64,000 bases of DNA from a bacterium. Its GTDB lineage: Bacteria; Patescibacteriota; Patescibacteriia; UBA9570. Position 1 is the stretch's first letter; every line of letters begins with the position of its first letter. The position numbers and the translations under genes are program-made. The DNA is taken from contig JAUYKW010000020.1 of the NCBI GenBank assembly GCA_030698395.1, positions 1,741 to 65,740 of the forward strand, written 5' to 3'. A model generated the notes under the pieces. The model saw only the letters and a program-made list of their open reading frames with translations, was not told the origin of the DNA and searched no databases. Positions 10,283 to 19,837 of the stretch are shown piece by piece.

Positions 10283-10912
10283 TTATACTAAAAATTTCTC
10301 CGCCTGTATATGGCCAGAAGCATGATCATATAGCCAATTCTGGATGACATGTAACAACTTGTTCCACTGCTCCTGATTTACGCGTAATTTTTGAACATCT
10401 TCAAAAGACATGGTCTGTAGCCAAAGAATGACTTTTTTTGTGTCTACATCTTTAGTTTGAGCAGCCAAATCGTACCCTAATATTCTGGCACTTTTTATAA
10501 CAAAACTATACAATACTGTTCTTTGTGCAGAATTATGATTTTGCCATGACAAAGTACTATATAGCAACTTATACAGTTCTGGTTCTGGAGAATCTTCCTT
10601 AGTTATATTACTTACGACTTCACTAATAAATGCAGCCGCGTTCAATCGTCCAATGTCATTATGAATGTTTCGAAAAGCATCTTTCACTACTGCTCCACCA
10701 ATTTTATTAATCAGCTTACTTTCAATCACAAACAACTCAACTTCAGCGTAGGGCTCTAAAGATCCTGCTAACTTTGCTTTAATCTTCTTAATACCATGAG
10801 CTCTTAGTAATTGTTTACCAAAAAGTTCAGTATAAATTGTATAAAGTCTATCAGCTTCTTTAAATGGTGTATAAAAAAGGACAATGCCTTTAGTATTCCA
10901 CGTGTTAGTCAT
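10283..10912 (-). CDS. recO: DNA repair protein RecO
   Basis: N-terminal OB-fold pattern GIVLFYTPFKEADRLYTIYT typical of RecO. Size 209 aa. 8-bp overlap with ileS. Confidence 0.6.
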   Translation of the reverse strand: MTNTWNTKGIVLFYTPFKEADRLYTIYTELFGKQLLRAHGIKKIKAKLAGSLEPYAEVELFVIESKLINKIGGAVVKDAFRNIHNDIGRLNAAAFISEVVSNITKEDSPEPELYKLLYSTLSWQNHNSAQRTVLYSFVIKSARILGYDLAAQTKDVDTKKVILWLQTMSFEDVQKLRVNQEQWNKLLHVIQNWLYDHASGHIQAEKFLV

Positions 10913-13742
10913 TAACGGTTAAAGTAATGCTTAAAGCAATACCATTAACTTTCAGCTCTACCTCTCCATCTCCTTCAGAGAAAGAACTTGCCAAGACGCT
11001 TTTCTGCAAATCCTCTGACAGCTCTGTAATTACAGATTTCAACAAAGCATCATCAGTTTTGTATTCCACAACTACTTGATCATTGATAGTTAACTTTTGC
11101 TTTTTTCGTAATGCATTAATTGAACGTACTAACTCCCGAAATAATCCTTCTTTTGCCAACTCCTCTGTAATTTCAACATTCAAATCAAAATACTGTCCAT
11201 CTTTTACATTTTTTACATTAACTTCTCCGGCCAATACTTCTTTTAATCCATCAGCTAACTTATCTACACCAGGAATACTTACCCAAGCCAAAGGCTGGCG
11301 AACTTTAATTCCTGCTTCCTCTCGAGATGCCAAAGTTTTTTCTACATATTGTCGCAACGCATCCATATCCGTTAAAAGTTGTTCATTCTCATGTGCTGTA
11401 TTAGATTCTGGCCATGTATCTAAATGAACTGAATCTAAAGGACCGCTCATATCTAGATAAATACGTTCACTAATAAACGGTGTAAATGGTGCTAGCAATT
11501 TAACAGTAGTGAGCAATACATAACGCAATGTAGAAAGAGCAGCTTTCTTTTCTTCATCATTACCTTTAAAGCGATCTCGACTTCTTCTTAAATACCAAGT
11601 TGATATTTGTTGTACAAGCTCTTCTAGCTGACGCGTTACTGGCAAAAGTTCGTATTTTTCCATAGCATCAGTTATTTCTATAACTGATTTATTTAAATAC
11701 GCCAATATCCATTTGTCCATTACATGTTCGCTGTCTGGTTGTTCATTAACATCTTGGCCATCTGCAAACATAGCGTAAAAAGTATGAACGTTCCACAATG
11801 TCATTATTAATCGCTTCATTACTTGATCTACACCTTGCTCTGAGAATCTTAAGTTTTCTGCATTTACTACTGGTGAATTCATCAAATAAAATCGCAATGC
11901 ATCTGCACCATACTTTTCCATTACAATGTTCGGTTCCGGATAGTTCTTCAAGCGCTTGCTCATTTTCTTTCCATCTTCAGCCAGTACCAATCCATTCACA
12001 ATTACATTCTTAAAAGCAGGTTTATCAAACAAAGCCGTACTCAGCACAATTAATGTATAGAACCATCCACGAGTTTGATCCAAACCTTCGGCGATAAACT
12101 GTGCCGGAAATGTAGCTTCGTATTTTTCTTTATTCTCGAATGGATAATGTTCCTGAGCATAAGGCATAGACCCAGACTCAAACCAACAATCTAACACCTG
12201 CGGTACTCGATGATATTCTTTGCCATCCTTATTAATCACAACTTTATCAACGTGTTGTTTGTGTAAATCATCTACTTCTACGCCAGATAGTTCCTTTAAT
12301 TCTGCAATACTACTAACACAAATTGTATCACCGTCTGCTGATTGCCAAACTGGTAAAGGTGCCCCCCAATAACGATCACGCGAAATTGCCCAATCTTTAG
12401 CACCTTCTAGCCATTTACCAAATCTTCCCTCTTTAATATGATCCGGCACCCACAATATTTCTTTATTGTGCTTTATCATTCTCTCTTTTAAATCTGTAAC
12501 TTTTACAAACCATGATGCTGTTGCATAATTCAATAATGGAGTATCACAACGCCAACAATGTGGATAGCTATGCAAATATGTACTCTCCCAAAAAAGTCCT
12601 CCGGTTTCTTGTAGATACTTCACAATTTTTTGATCACTCGCCATATGATTGTCTGTAGGCTTTACATCTTCACCTGCAAAATCAGTTACCGCTGAAATGT
12701 ATTTACCATCCGTTCCCACATGTTGAATTAAAGGAATGTTTTTCTCTATTGATAACTGGTAATCATCCTCACCATAACCACTGGCAATATGTACAATGCC
12801 AGTACCCTCATCAGTAGTAACAAAATCCGCCTCCCAAATTGTAAACATATTTTCTGAACCATCCATATCTCCTCCAATAAAATATGGAAATAATGGTTGA
12901 TATTTTTTACCAATTAATTCTGTATTAGCTACAGCCTCTTCAATAGTATGCTCAACATCCGAAAAAACTTCCGCCACTCTTTCCCTTGCTAAAATGAATC
13001 GTTTATCATTTGAAGATACTTGAACATAATCAACATCTGGGCCAATTGCCAATCCCACGTTGCCAGGTAACGTCCAAGGTGTAGTAGTCCAAGCTAATAA
13101 ATATGTATCTTCTTCATCTTGTAGTTTGAACTGCGCAGTTACAGATTGGTCTGTTATATCTTTATAGCCTAAAGTAACTTCAAAATTAGAAAGCGTTGTC
13201 TCGCAACGAGGACAAAGATGCATTGCCTTCTTGCCCTCATAAATTAATCCTTGATCGTAAAGATTTTTAAAAGCCCACCAAATAGATTCTGTATATGATG
13301 TATCCATAGTGCGATAATCATTATCCATGTCAACCCATCTCCCGAGACGTTCTATAACAATCTGCCACTCCTTAGCATATTTAAGCACACTCGCCTGGCA
13401 AGCATCATTAAACTTATCTACACCAATAGCTTCAATATCTTGCTTGGTTTCTAATCCTAATTCTTTTTCGATTAAATTTTCAATTGGCAAGCCATGACAA
13501 TCCCAACCCCAACGTCGTTCTACACGATGTCCGCGCATAGTTGCATAACGTGGAATCACATCTTTTAATGTTGAAGCAACAATGTGTCCGTAATGTGGCA
13601 ATCCAGTAGCAAAAGGAGGTCCATCATAAAAAACAAACTGTTTATCTTCTGGTCGTTCTTCTACAGAACGTTCAAATATTTTTTCTTTCTTCCAATGTTC
13701 AACGAGCGCTTGCTCCATTTCTGAAAAATTCGTTCTTGCCAT
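10905..13742 (-). CDS. ileS: isoleucine--tRNA ligase (type 2)
   Basis: HIGH-class motif PPFATGLPHYGH, GWDCHGLPIE, KMSKRLKNYP (KMSKS); 945 aa. Confidence 0.9.
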   Translation of the reverse strand: MARTNFSEMEQALVEHWKKEKIFERSVEERPEDKQFVFYDGPPFATGLPHYGHIVASTLKDVIPRYATMRGHRVERRWGWDCHGLPIENLIEKELGLETKQDIEAIGVDKFNDACQASVLKYAKEWQIVIERLGRWVDMDNDYRTMDTSYTESIWWAFKNLYDQGLIYEGKKAMHLCPRCETTLSNFEVTLGYKDITDQSVTAQFKLQDEEDTYLLAWTTTPWTLPGNVGLAIGPDVDYVQVSSNDKRFILARERVAEVFSDVEHTIEEAVANTELIGKKYQPLFPYFIGGDMDGSENMFTIWEADFVTTDEGTGIVHIASGYGEDDYQLSIEKNIPLIQHVGTDGKYISAVTDFAGEDVKPTDNHMASDQKIVKYLQETGGLFWESTYLHSYPHCWRCDTPLLNYATASWFVKVTDLKERMIKHNKEILWVPDHIKEGRFGKWLEGAKDWAISRDRYWGAPLPVWQSADGDTICVSSIAELKELSGVEVDDLHKQHVDKVVINKDGKEYHRVPQVLDCWFESGSMPYAQEHYPFENKEKYEATFPAQFIAEGLDQTRGWFYTLIVLSTALFDKPAFKNVIVNGLVLAEDGKKMSKRLKNYPEPNIVMEKYGADALRFYLMNSPVVNAENLRFSEQGVDQVMKRLIMTLWNVHTFYAMFADGQDVNEQPDSEHVMDKWILAYLNKSVIEITDAMEKYELLPVTRQLEELVQQISTWYLRRSRDRFKGNDEEKKAALSTLRYVLLTTVKLLAPFTPFISERIYLDMSGPLDSVHLDTWPESNTAHENEQLLTDMDALRQYVEKTLASREEAGIKVRQPLAWVSIPGVDKLADGLKEVLAGEVNVKNVKDGQYFDLNVEITEELAKEGLFRELVRSINALRKKQKLTINDQVVVEYKTDDALLKSVITELSEDLQKSVLASSFSEGDGEVELKVNGIALSITLTVND

Positions 13743-13774
13743 AAATACTTCTATTTAAATTTTATTAATAAAAA

Positions 13775-13990
13775 AAGTGACTTCACAGAGGGCCCATCAA
13801 CTTTCTGGGCGGTACCACCTCTTATTATCACTTCATTTCAGCGCTTACGGGCTTACCCGGCTTAGTCTATTTTTCTTCAATATTTTAAATAATTTTGAAG
13901 AATTTCTTTAGGCTACCTGTTGAATAAATTATTCAACTCCCCTACTGATAACAGAGTTTAGGTATTTATAGTTGTTACTGTAAATTGTAC
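13775..13990 (-). promoter_or_regulatory. candidate T-box leader (Ile) upstream of ileS
   Basis: Minus-strand AAGAGGUGGUACCGCCC (plus 13807-13825) resembles T-box core AGGGUGGNACCGCG; a U-run (plus 13772-13778) lies about 30 nt before the ileS ATG; candidate specifier GUUAUCAG and possible promoter TTTACA-N17-TACAAT at about 14010-13982 are further upstream on the minus strand. Confidence 0.45.
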
Positions 13991-14028
13991 ACGTGATTGT
14001 ACCAAAAAAAGCTACTTTTGTAAAGGTT

Positions 14029-14565
14029 CTATTTATCTTCAGTTTCTATCCTAAATCTTTTATATACCAAGGCAGCTAAATTATCTGGGATAAAATTATC
14101 AATATTTCTAGTACTAAAATGAAACGTTATTCTTTCCTTACCATTTTGAGGTAGAACCACATAGCAACAAAGATCACCAGAAACACAGGATGAATGTACA
14201 CCCATTTTTACTCCTCTCAATTGTTCTTCGTTTCTATCTTGCACTAACATTGAAATCGAATCCAGCATTTCCTCCACGCTTACTGGGGAGCTATGGAATT
14301 TTTGACCGGGCTCTGAATCTAAAACCCGAGCAATTCTTTCATCATCTTCATTAAGCTCTGCTGGAATAACATCTTCTCCACCTTCTGCTCCATAAGGAAT
14401 ACCTAATTCTTCTTCAGCATGCGTTAACAAAGATGCATCTTGCATCTTTAGTAAGTTATCCCAATAACTAGGATCTAGTTCATAATCACTCCTGCCCCTG
14501 TCTTGGGGCGGTAGCTTTGATCTATCTATCTTTCCTCTTGGCTTAATATCTTTTGGTTCTCCCAT
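14029..14565 (-). CDS. hypothetical protein
   Basis: 178-aa ORF co-oriented with neighbours, no recognisable domain. Confidence 0.4.
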   Translation of the reverse strand: MGEPKDIKPRGKIDRSKLPPQDRGRSDYELDPSYWDNLLKMQDASLLTHAEEELGIPYGAEGGEDVIPAELNEDDERIARVLDSEPGQKFHSSPVSVEEMLDSISMLVQDRNEEQLRGVKMGVHSSCVSGDLCCYVVLPQNGKERITFHFSTRNIDNFIPDNLAALVYKRFRIETEDK

Positions 14566-14637
14566 AAAATTTTATTATCTAATTCTAAATCTATTATAAC
14601 AATTTTGATAAGACTATCAAATGATTTGGAAATGAAG

Positions 14638-14932
14638 AAGGCCTGATAAGTGACGATCTTCAGCAACGCAAGCGTTACATTAGATACTACTTATCAGGCC
14701 TTACTTCCAGGGAGTTTCATGCCCCAAGAAATACGTATTATTTTACTCAGTTCCGCGTCCAGAACTGTTTTTACCCTCTTATGATGAAGAGCGCGGGGTT
14801 CTGTTAACAGAACCCCATTGCCGATTCTTGCCGAAGCAAGTTTACCGGTTAGCAATGCATGAGCGGGTCATCGCTGCTAGGCTCACCGCACATCAGGTAG
14901 ACAGACTACCCATCTCAGAGATGCCGCTCTGA
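14638..14932. repeat. cluster of perfect inverted repeats (hairpins) at the low-GC / high-GC boundary
   Basis: 14-bp arms AAGGCCTGATAAGT (14638-14651) / ACTTATCAGGCCTT (14689-14702). 22-bp perfect palindrome GGGGTTCTGTTAACAGAACCCC (14795-14816). CTCAGAG-ATGCCG-CTCTGAG (14913-14932). Further stems CTCTT..AAGAG and CAGTTC..GAACTG lie between. Confidence 0.6.
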
Positions 14933-14947
14933 GTTATTTTGTACTTG

Positions 14948-17900
14948 CTATCGACCGCGCTTGGCCTCGATCTGGCGCCGCTGATCCTCGACCCACCGGG
15001 TGGCGAGACGGAACAACCAACGCAGATCTTCGGCTTGAGCTTCCTGCTCGGCGAGGTTGCGAGCCGTCTTGGCCGACCGACTCTTGCTACCCTGGGTCTC
15101 GCTGATGGCGAGATCCAAGGCTGAGAGCTGCTGCTCGACCGCGGTGGCGAACTCACCCACCTGGAGCACCATGCTCTCGAGGCCAACACTGCGCATCTGC
15201 GAGAGATCGTTGAAGCGCTGGTTTGCCATGCGACGGCTACCCTGCACATCCAACTTCATGTTCTCCCACGCGTGCCGTACGGTCTCACCGATCGGCACGA
15301 GCTTGCGGCCAGCACCCGGGTAGGGGTGCATGATGAACTGTTCGCCAGTGCGCCTGATCATGGCGTCCGGCGCCTGATGGGACCAGGGATCGGACTCCAT
15401 GGGATCCTCGGGCAGATCGCTTCCGCAGATCAAAGCCGTGAGGAACGGCCCCATCACCTTGCTCTCCTGCACCTCCACGAGGGTGGGCAGATGAACGAAG
15501 GGGAGGAGGGCCACGGCACGGGAGTTGTCCGCACCGACGAGACGCGTCTCCCAAGTGGACACACCCGAGATCGCGCCAGCCTTCACACCGTACACGACGA
15601 TGACGATGTTGATCTCGTCATCGTGACCGTTGGTCTCGTAGCGGAGCTGCTTCTTGGCCAACTGCTCCCGAAGAACCGGGTGCTGCAGCAAAGCGGGGGG
15701 ACCGCTCATGAAGATGCGCGTGACCGTACGGCCGTTGCACCTGCTACCATTGAAGGACAGGAAGGGATCGGATCGCAAGACCCGCTCCAACTCGTTCAGC
15801 ACGACCGGGTTCCGGCACAGCAGAGTGGCGCGATCCATGGTCGCGTTACCACCGCTGAGGACACCGTTGATGTTGGTGAGGACGTCTCCGCCCTGCGCCA
15901 GCGCCTTGGTGTCGATGTCGGGCAGATTCGCCATGATGGTGTCGAGATCGGCGCCGAGGACCTTGCGGAACCCCGTGCCCTCGACGACCGGTGGCGGCGC
16001 GCTGATGTTCATGTGCGCCGTCTGCTCGATGATCCGGTGAGCCGTGGTGAGAGTACTCGCCACGTTGCGGACGTCACGCTGGGTGGTCCGGACAAAGCCG
16101 TTCCACTGCTCGGCCAGGTGACGCTCGCGGTCCAGCTTCTCGCCGATGATCTGGGATGCGAGCCGAGAGGCATCGCGAGCCAGGCCACCGAGGAAGGCGT
16201 TCCACTGCTCGGCCAAGATGAACTCGCAGCGGGCCTTGTAGTGGGCCATGACGCGACCGATGAGGTCACTCGCGTGCTCCTGAGAGCTGATGTCCAGTTC
16301 CGCCTTGCCCTTGATCCGCTCCCACATCGTGGGCTTGCGGTCCTCGTGCTTGACAGCGGTCTCCATACGAAGAGCAACGTCGCTCAGGTCCCCAACGATG
16401 TCGAGAACCGGATTGACGATCTGCTCCAACCGGAGGATCTCCTGAGACAGTTCCACTGAAAACGGCTGCAAGTTGCGCTTGCCGTGATCCTGGACGAACC
16501 GCTGGATGGCGGACTGGGGCGCACTGCGCTGACCACCGAAGAAGGTAATCAAGCCGTCCCGGTAAGAGTCCATGTTGTGTTCCAACTCGCTCAACACCCG
16601 CGTGACCACGCTGGTGCCGGAGGAGCGGACATCATCCGGATCGAGGCTCAGCCGAGGCCGAGTCACGGTCACCTGGTCGAAGCCGATCGGCAGGATCTGC
16701 TCGGCCAGGTTGCGGATGTCGTCCACGGACACGTTGGGGCGACCACTGCTGTCCGTCTCCGCCAGCTGGAGGCCAGCGGACCAGGAGCTGAGGCCGGAGG
16801 ACATGCTGGCAAGATTGAAGTCACCCGCGTTGTCCTGAATCCAGACTTCGATCATCTGGACCGTCTGCACAGTGGGCAGGCTGGCACCGCCGGCGAACTC
16901 CTCCATGGTAATGGGGAGCAGCTGGTCGGTGAGGCCGGTCACCATGTAGTTGGGAATGGCCGGGAGACCGAGGAAAGCATGCGCCGTGCGGTGACGCATG
17001 ACATCAGCCTCGAGCTGGCTGGTATCGGCGAGCTGGAAGCGGTAGGCTCCCACACCCGTGACACAGCGCAGCGGGTCGTCCATGACGATGTTGCCAAGCA
17101 CGTCGACCTCCTCATCCGCGATGGCCTTCCCGATGACCGGGTTGGCATCAAGGACGAGGTACGTGCCGAGCTGGTCCAGGACCTGCTCGAGGCTGATGTT
17201 GCCCTTGGCCGAACGGCTGCTGATCGTCGTGATCTTGTGCAGGAAACCCGGGGGCACCGAGACATCCATGCGATCACCACCCTCCGGGAAGGTCATGGTC
17301 ATGCCCTCGCGCTGGGCCTGCATGATCTCGCGCAGGGTGAAGACAGCGTTCCGCTCCACCTGAGCGCGCAAGCTGGCAGCCACGTTGTAGCAGTCCGGAA
17401 GTACGAGAACCACGCGGATCTCGAGCCGCACGAGGCTGGCATCGAAGTTGGCGTGGAAGGCATCGTGGGCCAGCATGGCGGCACGAAGGATGTTCGCGGA
17501 ACCAGTGCCACCCGAGGCACCGCAGACCAAGTTGATGGACAAGACGGCGTGATCGCAGTCTTCCACCAAGCGCACCTGGTCCATCGCGGTCTCGAGGGCA
17601 CTCCGGATCTCGAAGCCCTTCTCGTGACCAGCCGCGGAACCGATGATGCGCTGCTTGGCGGCGCCCGAGGCCACGTTGGCCGGGAGCGGCATGATGAACA
17701 TGCCATCGAGGACAGCACTGTGCTCGTCCTGCCACACGGAGAGGTCAGATCCGGTCAGACGCACGATGGTGAGCTGGTCGTCGAGCGCGTCGAGGTCGAT
17801 CTCGATCGAGAAGGCGTCGTCGTCGCTGGCGCCCTGCTCGGTCTTGGGGCTGTCGGTATCGATCAGGATCGTACGGAAGTGCTTGGCACCGGCTTCCTGG

Positions 17901-17995
17901 AGAACCTGGTGAGACAGCATCACGATGAAGCTGCCAAGGCCACCAAGGCCAATGTTGATGCGGGGAGAGGGAGAGAGAGAGCGGCTGATAGTCAT
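14948..17995 (-). CDS. tubulin/FtsZ-superfamily GTPase-like protein with ~800-aa C-terminal extension (high-GC island gene)
   Basis: N-terminus INIGLGGLGSFIV (T1 glycine loop) and about 145 aa later LVCGASGGTGSANILRAAML (tubulin signature [SAG]GGTG[SA]G). SD-like AAAGGA before the ATG. GC about 65%, GC3-rich codons. Surrounding plus-strand ORFs are antisense artefacts. Confidence 0.55.
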   Translation of the reverse strand: MTISRSLSPSPRINIGLGGLGSFIVMLSHQVLQEAGAKHFRTILIDTDSPKTEQGASDDDAFSIEIDLDALDDQLTIVRLTGSDLSVWQDEHSAVLDGMFIMPLPANVASGAAKQRIIGSAAGHEKGFEIRSALETAMDQVRLVEDCDHAVLSINLVCGASGGTGSANILRAAMLAHDAFHANFDASLVRLEIRVVLVLPDCYNVAASLRAQVERNAVFTLREIMQAQREGMTMTFPEGGDRMDVSVPPGFLHKITTISSRSAKGNISLEQVLDQLGTYLVLDANPVIGKAIADEEVDVLGNIVMDDPLRCVTGVGAYRFQLADTSQLEADVMRHRTAHAFLGLPAIPNYMVTGLTDQLLPITMEEFAGGASLPTVQTVQMIEVWIQDNAGDFNLASMSSGLSSWSAGLQLAETDSSGRPNVSVDDIRNLAEQILPIGFDQVTVTRPRLSLDPDDVRSSGTSVVTRVLSELEHNMDSYRDGLITFFGGQRSAPQSAIQRFVQDHGKRNLQPFSVELSQEILRLEQIVNPVLDIVGDLSDVALRMETAVKHEDRKPTMWERIKGKAELDISSQEHASDLIGRVMAHYKARCEFILAEQWNAFLGGLARDASRLASQIIGEKLDRERHLAEQWNGFVRTTQRDVRNVASTLTTAHRIIEQTAHMNISAPPPVVEGTGFRKVLGADLDTIMANLPDIDTKALAQGGDVLTNINGVLSGGNATMDRATLLCRNPVVLNELERVLRSDPFLSFNGSRCNGRTVTRIFMSGPPALLQHPVLREQLAKKQLRYETNGHDDEINIVIVVYGVKAGAISGVSTWETRLVGADNSRAVALLPFVHLPTLVEVQESKVMGPFLTALICGSDLPEDPMESDPWSHQAPDAMIRRTGEQFIMHPYPGAGRKLVPIGETVRHAWENMKLDVQGSRRMANQRFNDLSQMRSVGLESMVLQVGEFATAVEQQLSALDLAISETQGSKSRSAKTARNLAEQEAQAEDLRWLFRLATRWVEDQRRQIEAKRGR

Positions 17996-18100
17996 GGTAT
18001 GTTATCCTTTGATCCCGCACCGGATTCTTATACCGGGAGTATTGGGATCGTATGAGGGGCTGTGTTGGAGGTTGAAGAAGGAAAGACCGAACCGTTGATA

Positions 18101-19741
18101 CTATCGCAGGCCCATGCAACGGAAGGTGAAGAAGACTGAGCCGTCATCGGCCAGCACCTCAGCTCCGTCCACCATTTTCACGGGGATGTTCGGTGCAACG
18201 TAGCGCTCCGCGCCAGCCACCCGAACCCGAACTGTGTCTGTCGTCAGGATGTTGATCCGTGACTGCTTCTTCTTGCCGGTAGCCCGGAAGGTGAAACCGT
18301 CGATGATCTGTTCCTGCTGATCCGTCTTGAGTCGGATCACGGATCCATCAGGGAATTCCAACCGCCCCTTGAGCAAAGGCTTGTTGAGTTCCTTCTGCCG
18401 CGGCCGCACCACCAGGCGGTAGTACAACACGCAGAGCAGGAACAACAACAGAACCGTGCTCGGCAGGGTGTGCTTCCAGTTCTCCATGTACCAACCACGA
18501 CGCTTGACGGACACCGGTACAACGACCGGGTCCAGCGCCACAGTAGCGGGAGCCTGGAAGGTTAGCTGACCTTCGTACGAACCGGGCGGAGCCGAGTCCA
18601 GGGTGAAGCGGATATCGACGCCATGCTGGTTGGGAACCGCGATGGTGTCGGGCGTCACCGTAATGTGGACATCGTCGGGCAGGCCGACCAGATTCACCTC
18701 CACCTGCTTGGCTTCGGCGACTGTGTCGTCTGCTTCGAACTTGACGTGGACCGAACCGGTCTCTCCGGGTCGCAATGCACCCACGTTGATGGACTCCTGG
18801 GACAGCCGCACACGCAGCATGTCCTTAGTGAAGTTCACCTCAAGGGTGGGAGTGACCACGGCGAGGTTGCCGGTGGCTCGAAAGATGATCTTTCCGCCGT
18901 AGGTACCGGGTTCCAGATCATTAGCCAGCCGAATTTGACAGCGCAGATCTCCCGGAGCCGTGAACAGATCGCAGTCCAGTTCAACACCTTCAGGGAAGTT
19001 CCCCTCTGGCGTGAGCTGAATGCTCGAGCTGGCGCCCGTGACTGAAAAGCTCGTGCGAATCTCCGCACTGCCTCCCAGCTTCAGGTTGCCGAGCTCGAAG
19101 CTCTGCTGATCCGCCGCGACGAAAACGCGGATACCGGATCGGATCCTCTCACCGATGACCGCCAGGCTGTCGACCGTAGCGTCGTGGACGGTAGCGCCGA
19201 GACGCGTACCGACCTTGTCCACTGTGGGCTTGCTAACAGCAGTGAGAGCGACCACGTGAATGGCCACACCGTCACAGGCAGCATCGAGATCGTCCCAGCG
19301 GGCGGTCAGGCCACGCGGAATTTCCTCTTTGCCGTCCGTGAGCAGCACGAGCCCCTTAGGTCCTTTCTGTTGCTGCAACACCGTACAGGCATCGAACAGG
19401 CCACCGGAAGTGTAGGTCCAGTTCTGGCTGAAGTCGAAGCCATCCACGATGAAGTGCAGATCTGCCAGGTCATTGGGCCGGTTGGTATCCGAGACGTTGA
19501 TGGGCCGGTCGACCCAGATCTCAGTACCGAACGACGCCATGATGACCCGGTCACCAGTGTAGACCTCGTCCACAAACTCGCCCAGAAAACCCTGGACGGG
19601 AACGACGAGGTGGTTCGACTTCATCGACCCCGAAAGGTCGGTGAGCAAAACCAGGTTGAGGTTAGCGCCCGTAGACGCGTATGCCGTAGCTCCAAGAAGG
19701 AACCACAGCGCGATCAGTAGCATGCTGGTGATCTCACGCAT
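18101..19741 (-). CDS. secreted vWA (MIDAS) domain protein with Ig-like domains, C-terminal TM anchor and ~95-aa cytoplasmic tail (high-GC island gene)
   Basis: Signal peptide MREITSMLLIALWFLLGATAYA, MIDAS DLSGSM then LVLLTDG, two beta-sandwich-like regions, TM LPSTVLLLFLLCVLYY, charged tail. AGGAGG SD 7 nt upstream of the ATG. Confidence 0.7.
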   Translation of the reverse strand: MREITSMLLIALWFLLGATAYASTGANLNLVLLTDLSGSMKSNHLVVPVQGFLGEFVDEVYTGDRVIMASFGTEIWVDRPINVSDTNRPNDLADLHFIVDGFDFSQNWTYTSGGLFDACTVLQQQKGPKGLVLLTDGKEEIPRGLTARWDDLDAACDGVAIHVVALTAVSKPTVDKVGTRLGATVHDATVDSLAVIGERIRSGIRVFVAADQQSFELGNLKLGGSAEIRTSFSVTGASSSIQLTPEGNFPEGVELDCDLFTAPGDLRCQIRLANDLEPGTYGGKIIFRATGNLAVVTPTLEVNFTKDMLRVRLSQESINVGALRPGETGSVHVKFEADDTVAEAKQVEVNLVGLPDDVHITVTPDTIAVPNQHGVDIRFTLDSAPPGSYEGQLTFQAPATVALDPVVVPVSVKRRGWYMENWKHTLPSTVLLLFLLCVLYYRLVVRPRQKELNKPLLKGRLEFPDGSVIRLKTDQQEQIIDGFTFRATGKKKQSRINILTTDTVRVRVAGAERYVAPNIPVKMVDGAEVLADDGSVFFTFRCMGLR

Positions 19742-19785
19742 GTGGATCCTCCTGTCTGAGCAGCTGTGAGTAGTTATTGGGATTT

Positions 19786-19837
19786 GGGTTGGATTTTTAG
19801 AATCAAAAGAATTATCTTAATTCCAAGATTCCAACCC
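19786..19837. repeat. 52-bp hairpin (GGGTTGGA...TCCAACCC with nested GAATTA..TAATTC) at the high-GC island boundary
   Basis: Read directly from sequence. Lies between the DUF167 gene end and the vWA gene start. No flanking U-run on either strand. Confidence 0.5.

Noticed and set aside
9785-10291. 168-aa Ser-rich plus-strand ORF
   Set aside because: Antisense of the Asp/Glu-rich low-complexity coding region of the 8185-10275 gene; composition artefact.
15057-18119. Multiple long plus-strand ORFs (e.g. 15272-16459, 16484-18055) and nested minus-strand ORFs inside the high-GC island
   Set aside because: Arg/Ala/Gly-rich translations with no motifs, fully overlapping the two motif-bearing minus-strand genes; typical stop-codon-poor antisense frames in high-GC DNA.
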